Shown here in pieces: positions 1 to 13,500 of a stretch of DNA of 64,000 nucleotides (position 1 is its first letter; every line of letters begins with the position of its first letter). Both the position numbers and the translations under genes were made by a program. Source of the stretch: Callorhinchus milii (lineage: Eukaryota); NCBI RefSeq assembly GCF_018977255.1, contig NW_024704742.1:11968001-12032000 (forward strand), given 5' to 3'. The notes under the pieces are model-generated. The model saw nothing but the letters and a program-made list of their open reading frames with translations, had not been told where the DNA came from and did not search any database.

Positions 1-759
1 ATGTCTTGAAGACATGATGAGGCGCTATATCAAATGCAAGGATTATTATTATAATTTTGCTCTTCACGGTAAGATTGCTATGTATTTTTTAATGCCATCT
101 TTAACTTGCATGACGGTTGCCAAAGAAAGCAGCATTACTGAGAATGTACCTATAGAATTCAGGGTCTGTGACCTTGTCCTTTTCACCAGAAGATTACCAC
201 CAGTGATTTGAGAACAGGACATTGACAACTCAAACAGAAAGACAAAAATGAGTTCCACTCTGATTACTTTATCCAGAACTTCCTAAAATATTCAACCTAG
301 GCCTGACAACTGTCATGTTCCAGTACATTGTCACGATCAGAATCCGTCATGTCATCATCGCCAGGCTTCATTTGTGAAGTGCAATAAGATGGCCTAAAGT
401 GCCACAGTAATATACTTGTTTCCTGGCTTGTCTTTTCTCCTAACCCTATGGATATGCGTGAACTGTCACTGTTCTGATTGGGCAAAGACAGTTTTCGGGC
501 TATCAATTGGGTATACCATAAAATGATTAACTTCAGTTGATAATGCAATATGTATTTTTTTAAAGCATTTCTGAGAGGCAGGATGTACAGCATCTGGAAC
601 TGTAGATACTATTCTACAGTATAGAATAATTAATTCTAGCTCTATGTGTATGTGTGTTTGTGCTATAAGGCGGATACCCTTACCATAATCAAAACTATAA
701 TTACTTAGCATTGGAACATTTGAAACTTGCACTCAATTCTTATTTGTGTGCAGGTGTGT

Positions 760-1408
760 CGGCCTGACTTAGTAGTATATCCTTTGAGTCAGAAGGTTGT
801 GGGTTCAAGCCAGGGACTTGGAGTCACCTAGTCTAAGATGACACTTCAGTGCAGTGGGGTTGCATTACATTGTCAGAGGTGCTGTCCTTTGGACGAGATC
901 CTGTCTACCTGTTCTCACCCGCACCAAACTTCGTACCCCGATTACTCCAGTCCTCGCCAAACTCCACTGGCTCCCTGTCACAGAGCAGATTGACTTCAAG
1001 ATCCTCACTCTAGTGTTTAAATCCCTCCATTCCTTGCCCTCCCCACCCATCTCTCTAACGTCTCTCCCCACAGCAGCACCGCCGCCTCTGCTCTACTGGG
1101 TCCGGCCTCCCCCGCGTCCCACGAATCCTTCGCTCCATCATCGGCAGCCGTGCCTTCAGCCTTACGCTCTAAAACTTTGGAACTCCCTCCCTCAACACCG
1201 TCACCTCGCCCCCTCCTTCCCCATCTTCAGGTCACGCCTGAAGACCTTCCTTTTCGCCCTTATGGTCGGTCACCTTCCCCCTCCCCCTGGCTCGGCCTTG
1301 GGTTCCACCATTGTTAAGTTCTCTGAGACACCGCCCGGTGTGGAGGATGCTATATAAGTGCAAGTTGTTGTTATTGTTCAGGTGGTGTTAAAGATCCCAT
1401 GGCACTTA
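760..1408 (+). mobile_element. DeuSINE relic interrupted by an L2 3' fragment (915-1374)
   Basis: GAGTCAGAAGGTTGTGGGTTCAAG head. The sequence resumes AGGTGGTGTTAAAGATCCCATGGCACT after the L2 (ORF 854-1357: ITPVLAKLHWLPV...IDFKIL). TGTTC is duplicated at 910-914 / 1375-1379. Confidence 0.8.
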
Positions 1409-1889
1409 GAAGCACTCCAGGACACTACCCCATGTGAAGAGCTCTATATAAAAGTTGTTGTTGCTGCTGTTAGCACTATTCAAATAAAGAAGGGATCCAC
1501 AAGTGACTAATCCACTTTGTAACTAGACCAATCTTATGACTTTGTATGACAGCAACAAAAAGCTTCAACCTTATCCAGTTGCTGTCAATGTCACTTCGGT
1601 GACCTGGTGAAGCAAATCAGCTTGTTTCAGTAAATGGAATGGTCAATTTGTGAGTCGTCGCAACTCTGTCAACGTTACTTTTGGCTCACTGTGTTCAACA
1701 GTCATTTATAATGCTGTGCACATGCCAATCACATTTCTGCACTGTATATTCTGGTTTGAAAAAATTATTCCAGACCAAATGATGCAAAAAATGAGGAAGA
1801 AACTTACAGTCGAGGTTGACAAATCAGAGCTTTTTAGTAATTATTGTCAAGTGTGGTGATTGGCTATTTTTGTAGAGAAATACAAAAAC

Positions 1890-2215
1890 ACATTTTGGCA
1901 TATATTGCCATCAGAGTTCCTCAAACAGCAATGACATAGTTTTGAATAATTAATTTATCTGGATGATTGTTGGCTAAAACATTGGGCAAAAACTCCCTTT
2001 TTTCAATTAATCGTGACGGATCTTTAAAGTATACTTAAAGAATTAGCAGATGGGACTTTTATTTAACATCTGATTCAAAAGATAGCATGTCTAACAATGT
2101 AACCCTTCCATAGTACAGCGCTGGAGTCTACGTCTATGAGCGTAGTCTATGAGCTTAAGTCTGACTTGTGGCTCCAGTCCCAGAGATGACAGTGTCACCA
2201 ATTGAACCAAGTTGC
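1890..2215 (-). mobile_element. Degraded DeuSINE relic
   Basis: GGATCTTT, TTTAACATCTGATTCAAAAGATAGCA and CAGAGATGACAGTGTCACCAATTGAACC are colinear with the 18598-18984 copy. Confidence 0.5.
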
Positions 2216-2346
2216 CAATGTAAGTGCTGATGGTTTCCTAATAACAGACTAGGGATTACCTGGAGCTATTTTGCTACATATATGAGGTAAACAACAGATA
2301 CATAGCATGGCAACATACTTGACATAAAGTCAGATAAAGTCAGATT

Positions 2347-2662
2347 GTGGAGTCCTGTAGCTCAGTGGTTAGAGCACTCGCTTTGCAAGTGAGAGACCTG
2401 AGTTCAATTCCAGGCAGAGGGCGAAACCTTGGGCAAGTTTCCTTACTCCACACACCTAATAATAATCCCTCCAAAACCAAAAACAGTAATAAATTGGTCA
2501 TTTTCAATCTACGACTGTTTGTGGGACATTGCTGTGCGCAATTGGCTGCCGCGTTCGCCCACAAATATACAGTCAATTCACTTTACAGTGTGTTCTGTGA
2601 AGCGCTTTGGGATGTCCTCCTGACGTGAAAAGCGCTATATCAAATGCAAGGATTATTATTAT
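2347..2662 (+). mobile_element. Young tRNA-derived SINE, short variant, full length
   Basis: tRNA-Ala(TGC)-like head with A box TAGCTCAGTGG (2358-2368) and B box GAGTTCAATTC (~2400-2410). Deu-type body TGTTTGTGGGACATTGCTGTGCGCAATTGGCTGCCGCG, then an L2-like tail GACGTGAAAAGCGCTATATCAAATGCAAGG(ATT)n. Confidence 0.92.
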
Positions 2663-3112
2663 AAAAACTGGCAGTATGCATACTTCAGTGAGGAGTCCAA
2701 TATGTACAGTCACTGACATACAATGAACAGTCAGATAGTGATGTGGGGAAAGAAAAGACAGATGTATATTGCAATGTAATGTTTTTGAGTCATATGATCT
2801 TATAATCAAAGTGACAGCTGATTAGGGAGGATGTATTGAGTCTCTGCTGAAAACTTTTAAGATACCCTACTGTGAAAATATCTTGTAAATCTGAGGCACC
2901 AAAACACACTACATGAAATGCTTTGGAGTAAAGAAGATGGCTTGTGTTCTTATAGATAATAATAATAATTCTTGCATTTGATATAGCGCCTTATCACTTC
3001 TTCGAGACGTCTCAAAGCGCTTCACAGAATATACTGTAACGTGAATTGACTGTATACTTTGTGGGCGAAACACGGCAGTCAATTGCGCTTATGTTCTCAT
3101 GCTTCAGGCTAT

Positions 3113-3746
3113 AACAACATCAACAAAATTACATTTATAGAGCGCCTTTCACGTCGAGAGGACATCCCAAAGCGCTTCACAGTCAGGTGTCGGGGCCTGA
3201 GCATGGGGGAGGGAAGGCAGAGAGGTGGGAGGAAGACCAAAGGCACGGTCGAAGAGAAGGGTCTTGAGACCGGTCTTGAAGGTGGCAAGGGAGGAAGCGA
3301 GGCGAAGGGACCGTGGGACGGATTTCCAGAGTGTGGGCAGAGAGGCTGAAAGCTCGGCCACCGATGGTAGGGCGAGTCTAGCGGGAGATATGGAGCAGGC
3401 CGGAGCCCGATGAACGGAGATTGGTAGGGAGTCAGCAGGTCAGAGAGGTAGGAGGGGGCAAGGTCATGGATGGCCTTAAAGGTGAGGACGAAGATCTTGA
3501 ACTTGATCCTGTGGGGGATGGGGAGTCAGTGGAGTCGGGCAAGGGTGGGAGTGATGGGGTCACGGAGCCTGGTGCGTGAGTGTACACGAGCTGCAGAGTT
3601 TTGGATGATCTGCAGCTTGTGAAGGGAAGAGTTGGAAAGGCCAATGAGGAGGGAGTTCCCGTAATCAAGCCTTGAAGGTTGAGGTGGGAGGAGAGGTGGT
3701 GGAGGAGGATTGAGTGGTCCATGGTGTCAAAGGCGGCGGAAAGGCT
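3113..3746 (-). mobile_element. L2 3' fragment with internal deletion
   Basis: Same subfamily as 53040-53800 (FKTGLKTLLFDRAFG; tail TGTAATTTTGTTG). At 3669-3675 it jumps to LSAAFDTMDHSILL sequence. Confidence 0.9.
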
Positions 3747-3879
3747 ACTTTTTAGGGGGAAACTAAAATATTTGGTAACTAATTTATTATTTACATAACT
3801 ATGATTCATACTTGTCATGAACACTCTTTAACTGATCTCAACTGATGTTGGCATTGAATATCATTGAATGGAGGGTTAA

Positions 3880-4210
3880 GTTTGGTTCAGTTGTTTTATC
3901 TCCTCTGAATGAGCTCTGGTTGTGAGCTCAAGACCCATAATGGACTTTGAGCTTCCAGTCTAGGTTGCAAGTCTAGTGCAGCTTTTGGGGGGACAGGACG
4001 GGGACGAAGACTTCATTTTCAGAGGTGTCATCCCTCGAATGAAATTTGAATTTGAGGCCCCATTTGAAGCAGCACTATTCAAAAAGAGAAGGAAGTTTCT
4101 CCGGGTGTCCTGGCCAACAATCCTACTGATAAAATTGAACACTTACTTGACTGTTTGTGGGTCATACTGTGTGCAAATTGGCTGTCTTGTTTATCTACAA
4201 ATACAGACAC
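3880..4210 (+). mobile_element. Degraded DeuSINE
   Basis: CAGAGGTGTC...GAGGCCC...GCACTATTCAAAAAGAG...GGTGTCCTGGCCAACAATC...CTGTTTGTGGG...CAAATTGGCTG. Confidence 0.65.
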
Positions 4211-5489
4211 TCCATTTTACGATGTATCCTGTTGAGTCATCCTTTTTTTTAAGTCATCCTTTTTTTAACGTAAAAACAGCTATAGCAAAAGTAACGATTA
4301 TTACTATTGTTACTAAAAGATTGTTTCACAATATTGGGGACTCACAAATGACTAAAATAGACTGACACTCAGAGAAAATAAACGGTTTGGATTCCACAGA
4401 GATCATAAGCATTCAGGCTGAAGATTCCCAGCAATGTTGAGACGAGAAATGGAAACAATTTTGTACATAAACAGTGACAGTGACGTATGACAGATAGCTG
4501 TTCACGAGAACCTGTGAAGCAAACATCTAGGTACATGTTTTTAAGATTTAGTCTCGATAGTGACAGATTCGGATCAGTGGTTTGACTGACCCCTGTCATA
4601 TTGTTCAGTCACATACTGATAGAAACCTTTAATCTTTGGATAATCCTGTACGTACACATTTATTGCTGAGGGAAGTGTGACAGTATGTCCAGTATTAGGC
4701 AATTGGACAACACGACACATAGGCGTACTAAGGAATGCCCCTTTAAACTATCTAAATATCTGAATCATTGTTTAAGCATACCAGAGAATACTAAATATTT
4801 CCATATAAGGACTCTGGTGTTCTGTCTTTCCTGCGTACAGCTGATTTTTTGCTGGCTATGGGGATTGTGTTTGGTGGGTGGGGTGCGGAAGTGTAGGGGG
4901 AGAGTGTGTGGAGAGGTTGAGTTGTTAGTTAGCATAGAATGCTACAGCACAGAAACAACCCATTCAGTCCATCAGGTGTGCTTCGGTATTTTTCTCCAAC
5001 AGCCACCTAAGCCGATTCTTTTGCATGCTCCAAGTACTTTATCAGCATTTATCAAGAATTCTCTTTGGAAATATTTTCCACATATCTCCAGCAATACTAT
5101 GGGATGACTGTGCAGCAATTGATTTTTTTGCCAAATAGCTAGCCAATTCCCTCTTGAATTTATGGGCATATTACCAGTTTATTGATGCCATTTAGAGACT
5201 TAAAAAAGATCTGAGGGAAATGTTGCTTTCTATCTTTTAATTCTATAACCATTTAAAAATGTAACATTTCAAGAATCAAGTCTTGAAACATTCTTTCCTC
5301 CTTTTACTCCCATTGTGCTATATTTATAAGGGAGTTTCTCCTGGTGTTCTGACCAACAATCAATCCCCCAATAAAATTGGTCATTCACTTCCTGGCAGTG
5401 TGTGGGACACTGCTGTGTGCAAATTGGCTGCTGCATTCATCTACAAAGTCAACCCAATGTGAAAGCCACTATACCAATATTATTATTAT

Positions 5490-5915
5490 TTTTGGGCATG
5501 TTCACACTGGAGAAGAGAAGGTTGAGGGGTGATATGATTGCTGTCTTTAAGATTCTGAAGGGAATAGATATTGTAGACCATGATAAACTGCTTTATCTTG
5601 TACTGAACAGTTGAACCAGATGACATGCCCTTTGATTGAAGGGGGGTAAATTCAGAACAAATCTGCAGAAACAGAAACAGATCACTACTTCAGTGAGCGA
5701 GTCGTAAACTTATGGAACACGCTTTCTAGGGCGACAGTAGAAGCAGAAAAGTCATTTGTTTCAAGAACAAATTAAATAGATTTCTGGTAGAAAATAATAT
5801 CTCAGGATACAGTATATAGTTTGGGATGCGACACATCAAGCGACTGCCAGGATGGTGGAAGGCGAATTAGATGGACCTTGGTCTTCTTTCGCCAGCGAAT
5901 TCTTATGTTCTTATT
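5490..5915 (+). mobile_element. CR1 3' end
   Basis: LGMFTLEKRRLRGDMIAVFKILKG in ORF 5402-5614. TTCTTATGTTCTTAT tail. Confidence 0.85.
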
Positions 5916-6399
5916 ACCAGCAGCGAATTCTTATGTTCTTATTACCTGCAGCCTTCTACCAATTGCCCTTTATAAGCGTTCCTTGAGCTCACTTCTTTCA
6001 CTTGCACATGACTGATAATGCTACTATTTCTTCTTCTTCTCAACTGGCAGCATTTATTCTTTTCGTTAACTCTCAGTCTAGGTCTGACCTATCATTCCAT
6101 ACTCACGTTTTCATCAGCCTGTTGAGCTGCATCATTTCATATGTGTTTGTCCTTTGTGGCTTTTGACAGGCTGAATTGATTTTGTTTTGCTGAAGAATGT
6201 CATTGTGGATTTGCAGAAGTGGCATTTGGGGATTTTCATTGAACAATTGTTTAATGTGAACTTGTGTCCTTTTCACTACCTTTATCAAAGAGAGGACATT
6301 TAGCATCTACATTACACTGCTAATCCTTCCATTTGTAATAATGTCTTTCACTTTAGGAGAATGTTGCAAAATATTTTACTAGATTTACTGTAAAGTGTA

Positions 6400-6695
6400 A
6401 TGAATGTGTTTAGTTGGCAAACATGACAGCTAATTTGGACACAGCAATTGTCTTAAAAACACCCTGAAATGTGTGACCGATTTTAAACTTGTCGATTTTT
6501 TTTTACGGATCTTTAACATATACCTGAATAGGCAGACACAAGATTGGTTTGTCTCATCCAAAAGGCAGCATCTCTGTCAATGCAGCACTTCCCAGCAGTT
6601 TCAGCCTAGACGTAGTTCAAAGTCCTGATGCGGCGCTGGAACCCACAACATTCTGACTCAGAGGTGAAAGGGCTATTAACTAAACCAGGTTGATG
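6400..6695 (-). mobile_element. Degraded DeuSINE
   Basis: GGATCTTTAACA, TCTCATCCAAAAGGCAGCATCTCTG and GAACCCACAACATTCTGACTCAGAGGTGA. Confidence 0.65.
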
Positions 6696-8019
6696 CCAAG
6701 ATTAGTAACTTTCAGACGGAAATCAATTTAAATTTACAAGGTTACAAACAAAATGGACAGAATTTAGGAGTTTAAAATTGTGTGCATTCCATTTCTAATA
6801 CAGCATGTAAATAATTGTTAATAGTATTTTTAAACAGTCTAGCAAAAAATGTTTACAATAGGTATGAAATAGCTGCAGTTGGACGCAGATCTACATTTAA
6901 ACACTAGTGAATCTGAGCAAATATTAAACAAATAAGCTTTTAATATGCAGTTAATTTATGATCTAGTAAAAATGCCATGTCAAGTTAATAAGAAATGTCT
7001 TGCTTTTTGTTTTTCTGCAATGGATAAATTGGTTTTCGGAAGCCATAAAGCCATATTAAAATATGACTCTATTAGCACAAATGTGTCAAAGTCTCCTAAT
7101 CTGTCATTCCATGTTAAAATTAATCCTCTTAGTTTAATATCACATTCAAAATCCTGTTTATGGATTAAAATTTATACAGGATTACAATTTATACTTTTCC
7201 AGGTGGATAGTTTGCTGTTAAATTAAATTGCCTTAAACCAACATTACAGATAATCCTTGATTATATATATATATATATTAAAGTACGCTTGGGTGTTGCA
7301 ACTTTTTATTATTTCTCCAGTCAAGAAATTAAACATTAGAGTCATTATGCCATGAAAATTCTCATTCACTACTTTGTCAAATTGGTTATCATCTGATTTT
7401 TAAGTAAGATTACCTCACTTTTTGTGACTTTTAAGAGCTTTTTATATTTTGGGGATTACTTCAGTAATTTAAAGAGTACCACATATGTATGCCACCCACA
7501 CACTGAAATTTCCCTGTCGAGAATGAAATGTGCTTAATCTCAGAAAGTACCAAATTGTCGTTATTATTGTTGGAATTTAAGCAGCAAAAACCACATTGAG
7601 TGTTATTAAGAGCATGTCTGACAAACTTGTCCACTTTAACCGTTTGGGCTTGAGTTGAGGCTTAACAGGAGCTGAGTGGAAAGAGTGCTTGCCCCAGTGG
7701 CTAGTCTCACCATCCATATCCTGCCAATGAGCCAGGCTGGGCTGTCATCAGCAGTACTCTGAAATACTCTAGACCCATCCGGTTTAGGATCTGGGCTACC
7801 AAAACTAGCACAGAAGATTGACTAATTTCTGACATTCTGTTGCCAAGCACGTTACATCAGAGCCACCTGGGCTCTATGCAGACCCCACTTATATTCCCTC
7901 CCAGAGAAGTCACTGTATCTTACCATTTTAAGTATCTTGTCATTTTAAATGATCAAGATAATCTGGCCAGTTAAGGTAACGAGTAAAATTTTGGAATGTT
8001 GGAACTAAGGCTGTTAAAC

Positions 8020-8295
8020 AATACAATACAAAATTACATTTATACAGCGACTTTCACATCGGGAGCACGTCCCGAGATGCTGGACAGTCAGAGATTTGGA
8101 CCCGAGCTGTGGGGGGATAAGGATGGGAGAGGGTCAAAGAAGAGGGTCTTCAGGCACGCATTGAAGGAGGCAAGGAAGGGAAAGAGGCGAAGGGAATGTG
8201 AGATGGAGTTCTAAAGTGTGGGGGCTGAAGGCCTGACCGCTGATGGTGGGGGGGGTGATCGGGTGGGCGATGTGGAGCAGGCCGGAGCCTGATCT
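8020..8295 (-). mobile_element. L2 3' fragment
   Basis: L2 tail and GAGGGTCTTCAGGCACG block. Same subfamily as 20085-20575. Confidence 0.75.
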
Positions 8296-9100
8296 TATAA
8301 CTGATCATATATTCAAAAAGGGGCAAGTGATAATGGAAAAATTACTTGAAATTTTTCACAAGAGGAAAATTGTTGCTATAGCTTTACCTTATCTTGCTGA
8401 TGTGTTGTGAAAAGTATATTTCTATTCCATTTTCAGCTGGGTCCCATTGGGTGAAGTTGCTTAGTCAAAGTAAAAGAAGAATAAGGAATGGCGTCGGAGA
8501 AAATTGATGGTGGAAAATTAATGAGGGGGAAAAATATTCCTTTGTGATGCATGTGTGCTGTGATGTATTTGTTCAGATTATGTATCATACCAGAGATTAT
8601 CATTAAAACAACATTGTTCTATGGCAAAATAAAGGCAGATTCATTAAAAGTTAATAAGAGTATCACTTGAAAGCAATTCCTGCTAAGCATGAATTGTAAT
8701 ACAGGTAAATTTTGAGAACCTTGGGATTACAGACAACTGTGAATATTAGCAAATGTACAACACTGGGAAGCATGCCTTGAAGTTTCTTGACACCTAATTA
8801 TCATTGAACATGCTGCTGCTAACCACACAAACTCTATGCTTCACAGAGGACGGAGAGTTGCTTCTCTGCAAATGGAAGAGATTTCCTTTCAATTTGATAT
8901 TTTCTCTTCCAGCCGGTCAGCATTCAGTGTGCACCCACTTCAGTTTCCAGCCCAGATCTGCTTCCAGATTCTGTATCATCGCAACGATAAGTTAGCTACT
9001 GTCAAGTCAGAGATAGATTTTTTTTAAAAATGGTGAAATGCAATCTCTGATGTAAAAATTTAAGCAAGTTTCTCTCCTTGATAGCCTTTGGCAAAGTCTC

Positions 9101-9434
9101 AAATAAATAAATAAATTAATTAATTCCTTGCATTTGACATAGCGCGTTTCACGTCGGGAGGACGTCCCACAGCGCTTCACAGGACACACTGTAAAGTGAA
9201 TTGACTGTATATTTGTGGGCGAACGCAGCAGCCAATTGTGCACAGCAATGTCCCACAAACAGTCATATGGATTGAAAATGACCAATTTATTATTGTTTTG
9301 TTTTTTTGGAGGAATTATTATTAGGCTCTGTGTGGAGTAAGGAAACTTGCCCAAGGTTTCGCCCTCTGCCTGGAATTGAACTCAGGTCTCTCACTTGCAA
9401 AGCGAGTGCTCTAACCACTGAGCTACAGGACTTC
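9101..9434 (-). mobile_element. Young SINE, short variant
   Basis: Near-identical reverse complement of 2347-2662. Confidence 0.92.
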
Positions 9435-12400
9435 TTAACAAGATACAAGGGAGGTATGGATGAAGAAAACCCCTTTGGCCATATGGATCCCACCCTTCCA
9501 GGATACCTTCCTTCACACGTCCAACTAAACTGTCAGATTAGAAAATTGAGCATTGTCTTAAATTATTCCAGTGATTTGGTCTCTCTGTATTTAGTTCTCA
9601 TCCTCACCCATTCCTCGCTATGCATTGTCATTTTGCGCTTTCATATTATTTTGTTCTGAGTATTCTAAACTGGTTCTCGTATCTTCAAATGCTGTAGCAG
9701 CTGCCATTGTTCAGTGAACAAAACAATGAGATGTAAGAAATGTTTTAGCATATGCCTTTATTGATTATTGGTCATTCACTTCATAGCTATTTGTGCGATG
9801 CTGGTATGTGCCATGTTTCCCCCACAAAACAAACCGTCAAAACCACTTTACAGTATATTCTGTGAAGCACTTTGAGATGTCTCGATGATGTAATAAGGCA
9901 ATATATCAAATGCAAGGATTATTATTATTTCATCTGAAAAACAGCAGCTCCAACAATGAAGCACACCCCCCAGCACTGCATTTGTCAGCTAAACTATATG
10001 GTTTCCGTGTCCCTTGAACCCACAATTGACTCACAAATGAGAGGCTACCAACTGAGCCAGGCTGCCTCGTGATTAACATATTGTTTGTACGCATTTTTGA
10101 ATATTTTCATCTCCCAAGCCCATCAAATAATTCCTTCCATTAGACAAATGTAAAGATATTAAATAATAGACAGTTTCAGGACTGGAGTTAATGAAAGGTC
10201 ATTTAGCCCTAATGACTATTTCTTTGCCAAATAACACACAAGTTAAATAACAATAATAATCCTTGCATTCAATGCAGCATCTTCAAAACATCTCAAAGCG
10301 CTTCACAGAATTGACTGTATACTTTGCGGGTGAAACACGGCAGCCAATTGTGCACAGCAATGTCCCACAAACAGTCGTGGATTAAGTGAGCAAATTCATT
10401 GGTTTCAGGGGAGGTCAAAGTGTACAACATGGAAGCACAAGCTATTTAATCAACCAAAACAAACACTGAGCTGACTCCAGTCCACCACATCCTATGTCTA
10501 TTGTTCTGATGCAGATCCTGAGAGTGGTTCTTTTCCCTTTTCAGCGAGATTGTTATTTATTACAATGAAAGGAGCAGGACGGTACCACAGGGACCTGAAG
10601 CTGCGATTGGGTGGGTTCGGGAGAGGGGAAAGCCAGAGATGAGGAGAGAAAGGTACATTGAAGGGAAGCAGAATCTTTACGTTACACAGCACAGGACGAC
10701 TCTGTGATTCCAATATCCGGCTTCAAACAATCAGCTGCAACTTCCACTTCCATCCAACCATACACGTGTATAATACGCATACACTCTAATCATGTGTGTG
10801 TGTGTATATATATATAGTCATATATAAAACTCAAATGACAGAGAGCAATGCAAATGACCAAGGAAATCCGAGCCGGAATATTTATTTATCTCCACCTCGA
10901 TTACGGGCAATCTATCAAGATCTGCACTGGTGGGGGGAAGAGGGGGAGTTTTATTTCACTCATTAAACAGGCCGATAACCTCGCCTTTCTCCAGTTCCTT
11001 CCCCTTACAGGTCAGAAAGCATCTAGATATTTTTATCAAAGATTTTATAAACTATGTCCCCAGCCAGAGAATGGGCTGATAACATTCAATTCAGGAACCC
11101 TGCCTCCACCCAGCCCATAAACCACATAATCTCCCAAACTATTTATTATTCAGTGCAACAAAAGCTTCATTCAGATCTACCTTTTTCGATTTTTTATTAT
11201 TAAAAAAAGCAAACCAGAATCTGTGGAAAATGAAAGAACAGGAATAAAGCAAACAACACATAACCAGTGGAAATTTTTTTTTTGAAATTGCTTTAAAAAA
11301 AAACAGTGTGAACATTAAACAAATAAATGTATTTGAATTAACTGTAAAGTCAGTTAGAATTATAAAGCTACAAGAAAGAGGTTCATTATGAATGCAGCTA
11401 TGACTTTCTTCCGTGTGCCAAAATGTCCTGTTATTATGCAATGTGATAAAGAGTAATTTATACTTTTTTTAATGTTCATATTTTTNGTAATAATAGAAGG
11501 ATTTTATTATTAAATATGGAACCTGTATGTAAAAAGGTGCCAGTGTAATGGCCTTTGAACAATATTGCAAGGCGGTGCAGGCTGATTTATCATTCCTGTG
11601 ATGTTTGGGAACCCAGAACTGGCAAGGAAATTTATAGCCTCTATTTCTGTTGAACAAACACCTGTGAGGTCTTTCATAGAAGCACTCATTGTAATTGTGT
11701 TGTATGATACATTTTCACCATGCGTTATAGCTACTCATCTGTTTTGTGCTCTGTTTGTTCAGATTGGTACGAGCCCTGGTTAAAGATATGTCTCACTGAA
11801 ACCCTCTTGGTTTGGGACAAATTTTCAGTTCAGGTAATTGTAACTCCATGAGTTAAAAAGGTAGCATTGAAGATTCATACTCAGGACCAGACTGTTGAGT
11901 GAGTCTCCAAACAACAAATGATGCAACGCTCTCTGAATACAGAGTTCACTTTGGGGAAGGGAGAAGGTTGAGATAGACTTCACCTTCAGGAAAGATGATC
12001 ATAATTTCTCTTTTCAATTGCTATTAACATTTTAACTTTCTTTTGCTGAGGCCTCTCAATTTCAAAATGGATTTATCTAAGTGACGAGCAAAGGTTAAGT
12101 GTCTTGATGAAATGGATTCTGGAAGACACTTTGCTCTCTGCTTACTGTCAGCCTGGCTCAGTAGGTAGGTGAGTGCTGCATTCCTGGAGTCCTTCGAAGA
12201 TCACTATTTGACAACAGAAGAGAGTTTCTCCAAACCCACTATTTGTCTTCTTATATGTTAAAAACTTGCTGTTCATGCTAAGCTCTCCAAGACACTACCT
12301 GTGTGAAGGGTGCTATATAACTTATTGTTATTGTTGCATTTTCTAAATATGCTGAAAAGCTGGAGATTTCTTATAATTTTTCCACTTTGTAATTACATGC

Positions 12401-13184
12401 ACAATACTTTAGAGTAAATACATTAGAGTTATCTGGTTAAGCAGTGATCAGCTGCAGAGTTCTTTAGAGTATCAATAAAGTATCAATATTGTCTGATCAT
12501 ATTTGGAGGTAGAAGGACCAGTGATAAAATGACTGTGATTCTGCCTTAAGATGTTAATGATACTCTTCAACTGTTTCATAGAAATACATTTGCTAAAAAT
12601 AAAATCTGGGTAAATGTATAAAAAGAACAAGATTTGAATTGAAAGCAAATCATGATGGGTGTGGTGGGAGAATTGTAAAAGAAGATAAAACAATATTTCA
12701 TTAGAAACAATGGAATAGAAAAGCAGACGTCATGTGTTAAATTATGATCTTTTATAGTGACTAGAAACTTATGTTCAACAGCTGGTAAATAGAGGAAAAA
12801 ATTAGCTCACATTTTCAGTGAGTCTTATGTTTCAAGTAACCCTAACAATACTTTGACAATTATGAGTATTCAAATTCTGTCAGATTTTAGATCTGAATTC
12901 TTTGTCACTTTGCAGCCTGGTGCTCAGCACTCCATAATTCTATGCTGTGTGAAGGGTGTTATATAAACATAATTTGTTGTCGTTGTTGATTAGTTGTTGG
13001 TGAAAAGGGGGCACAGCAAAGTCATCTCTCTGTGATGGACTTAATGATCCAAATAATTGACCCCACCACCAATAGCTGCCTCCCACCCTCCCACTCCATA
13101 AACTCGGATGAAGAAACTCTATTTTCATGGCTTACCAGTGGATGGAACCAGAACAATTTCCACATGTTAGATTTCCAGCTGACT

Positions 13185-13500
13185 GAACAACAACAACTTC
13201 CATTTATATAGTGCCCCTCATGCAGGGTAGAGTCCCAGAGTGCTTGACCGTAGCGGAGCATGATGCCAAGCCGGGGAGAGGAGGAGGTGACCATAGTACG
13301 GTCGAAAAGGAAGGTCTTCAGGCATGACCTGAAGGTGGGGAAGGAAAGAGCAAGGTGGAGGGATAGAGGAAGAGTGTTCCTGAGTTCCGGGGGGTAGTGG
13401 CTGCAAAAAATTGTAATGGGGGTATGGAAATTAGTATGGGTGAGTATGCAGGCGGGGAAGTTTTGGATCAGCTGGATCTTGTGGATGGTGGAGCTGGAAA
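13185..13500 (-). mobile_element. L2 3' fragment
   Basis: ORF 13022-13531 contains IHKIQLIQN and FRSCLKTFLFDR. Confidence 0.75.

Noticed and set aside
2347..2425. tRNA-Ala gene
   Set aside because: It has A and B boxes but no proper acceptor stem, and it is always followed by the SINE body. It is a SINE head.
2340..2809. Recurring small ORFs (MESCSSVVRALALQVRDL..., MGKFPYST...) that look like a gene family
   Set aside because: They are read-throughs of SINE copies in all frames and on both strands, with no coding signature.
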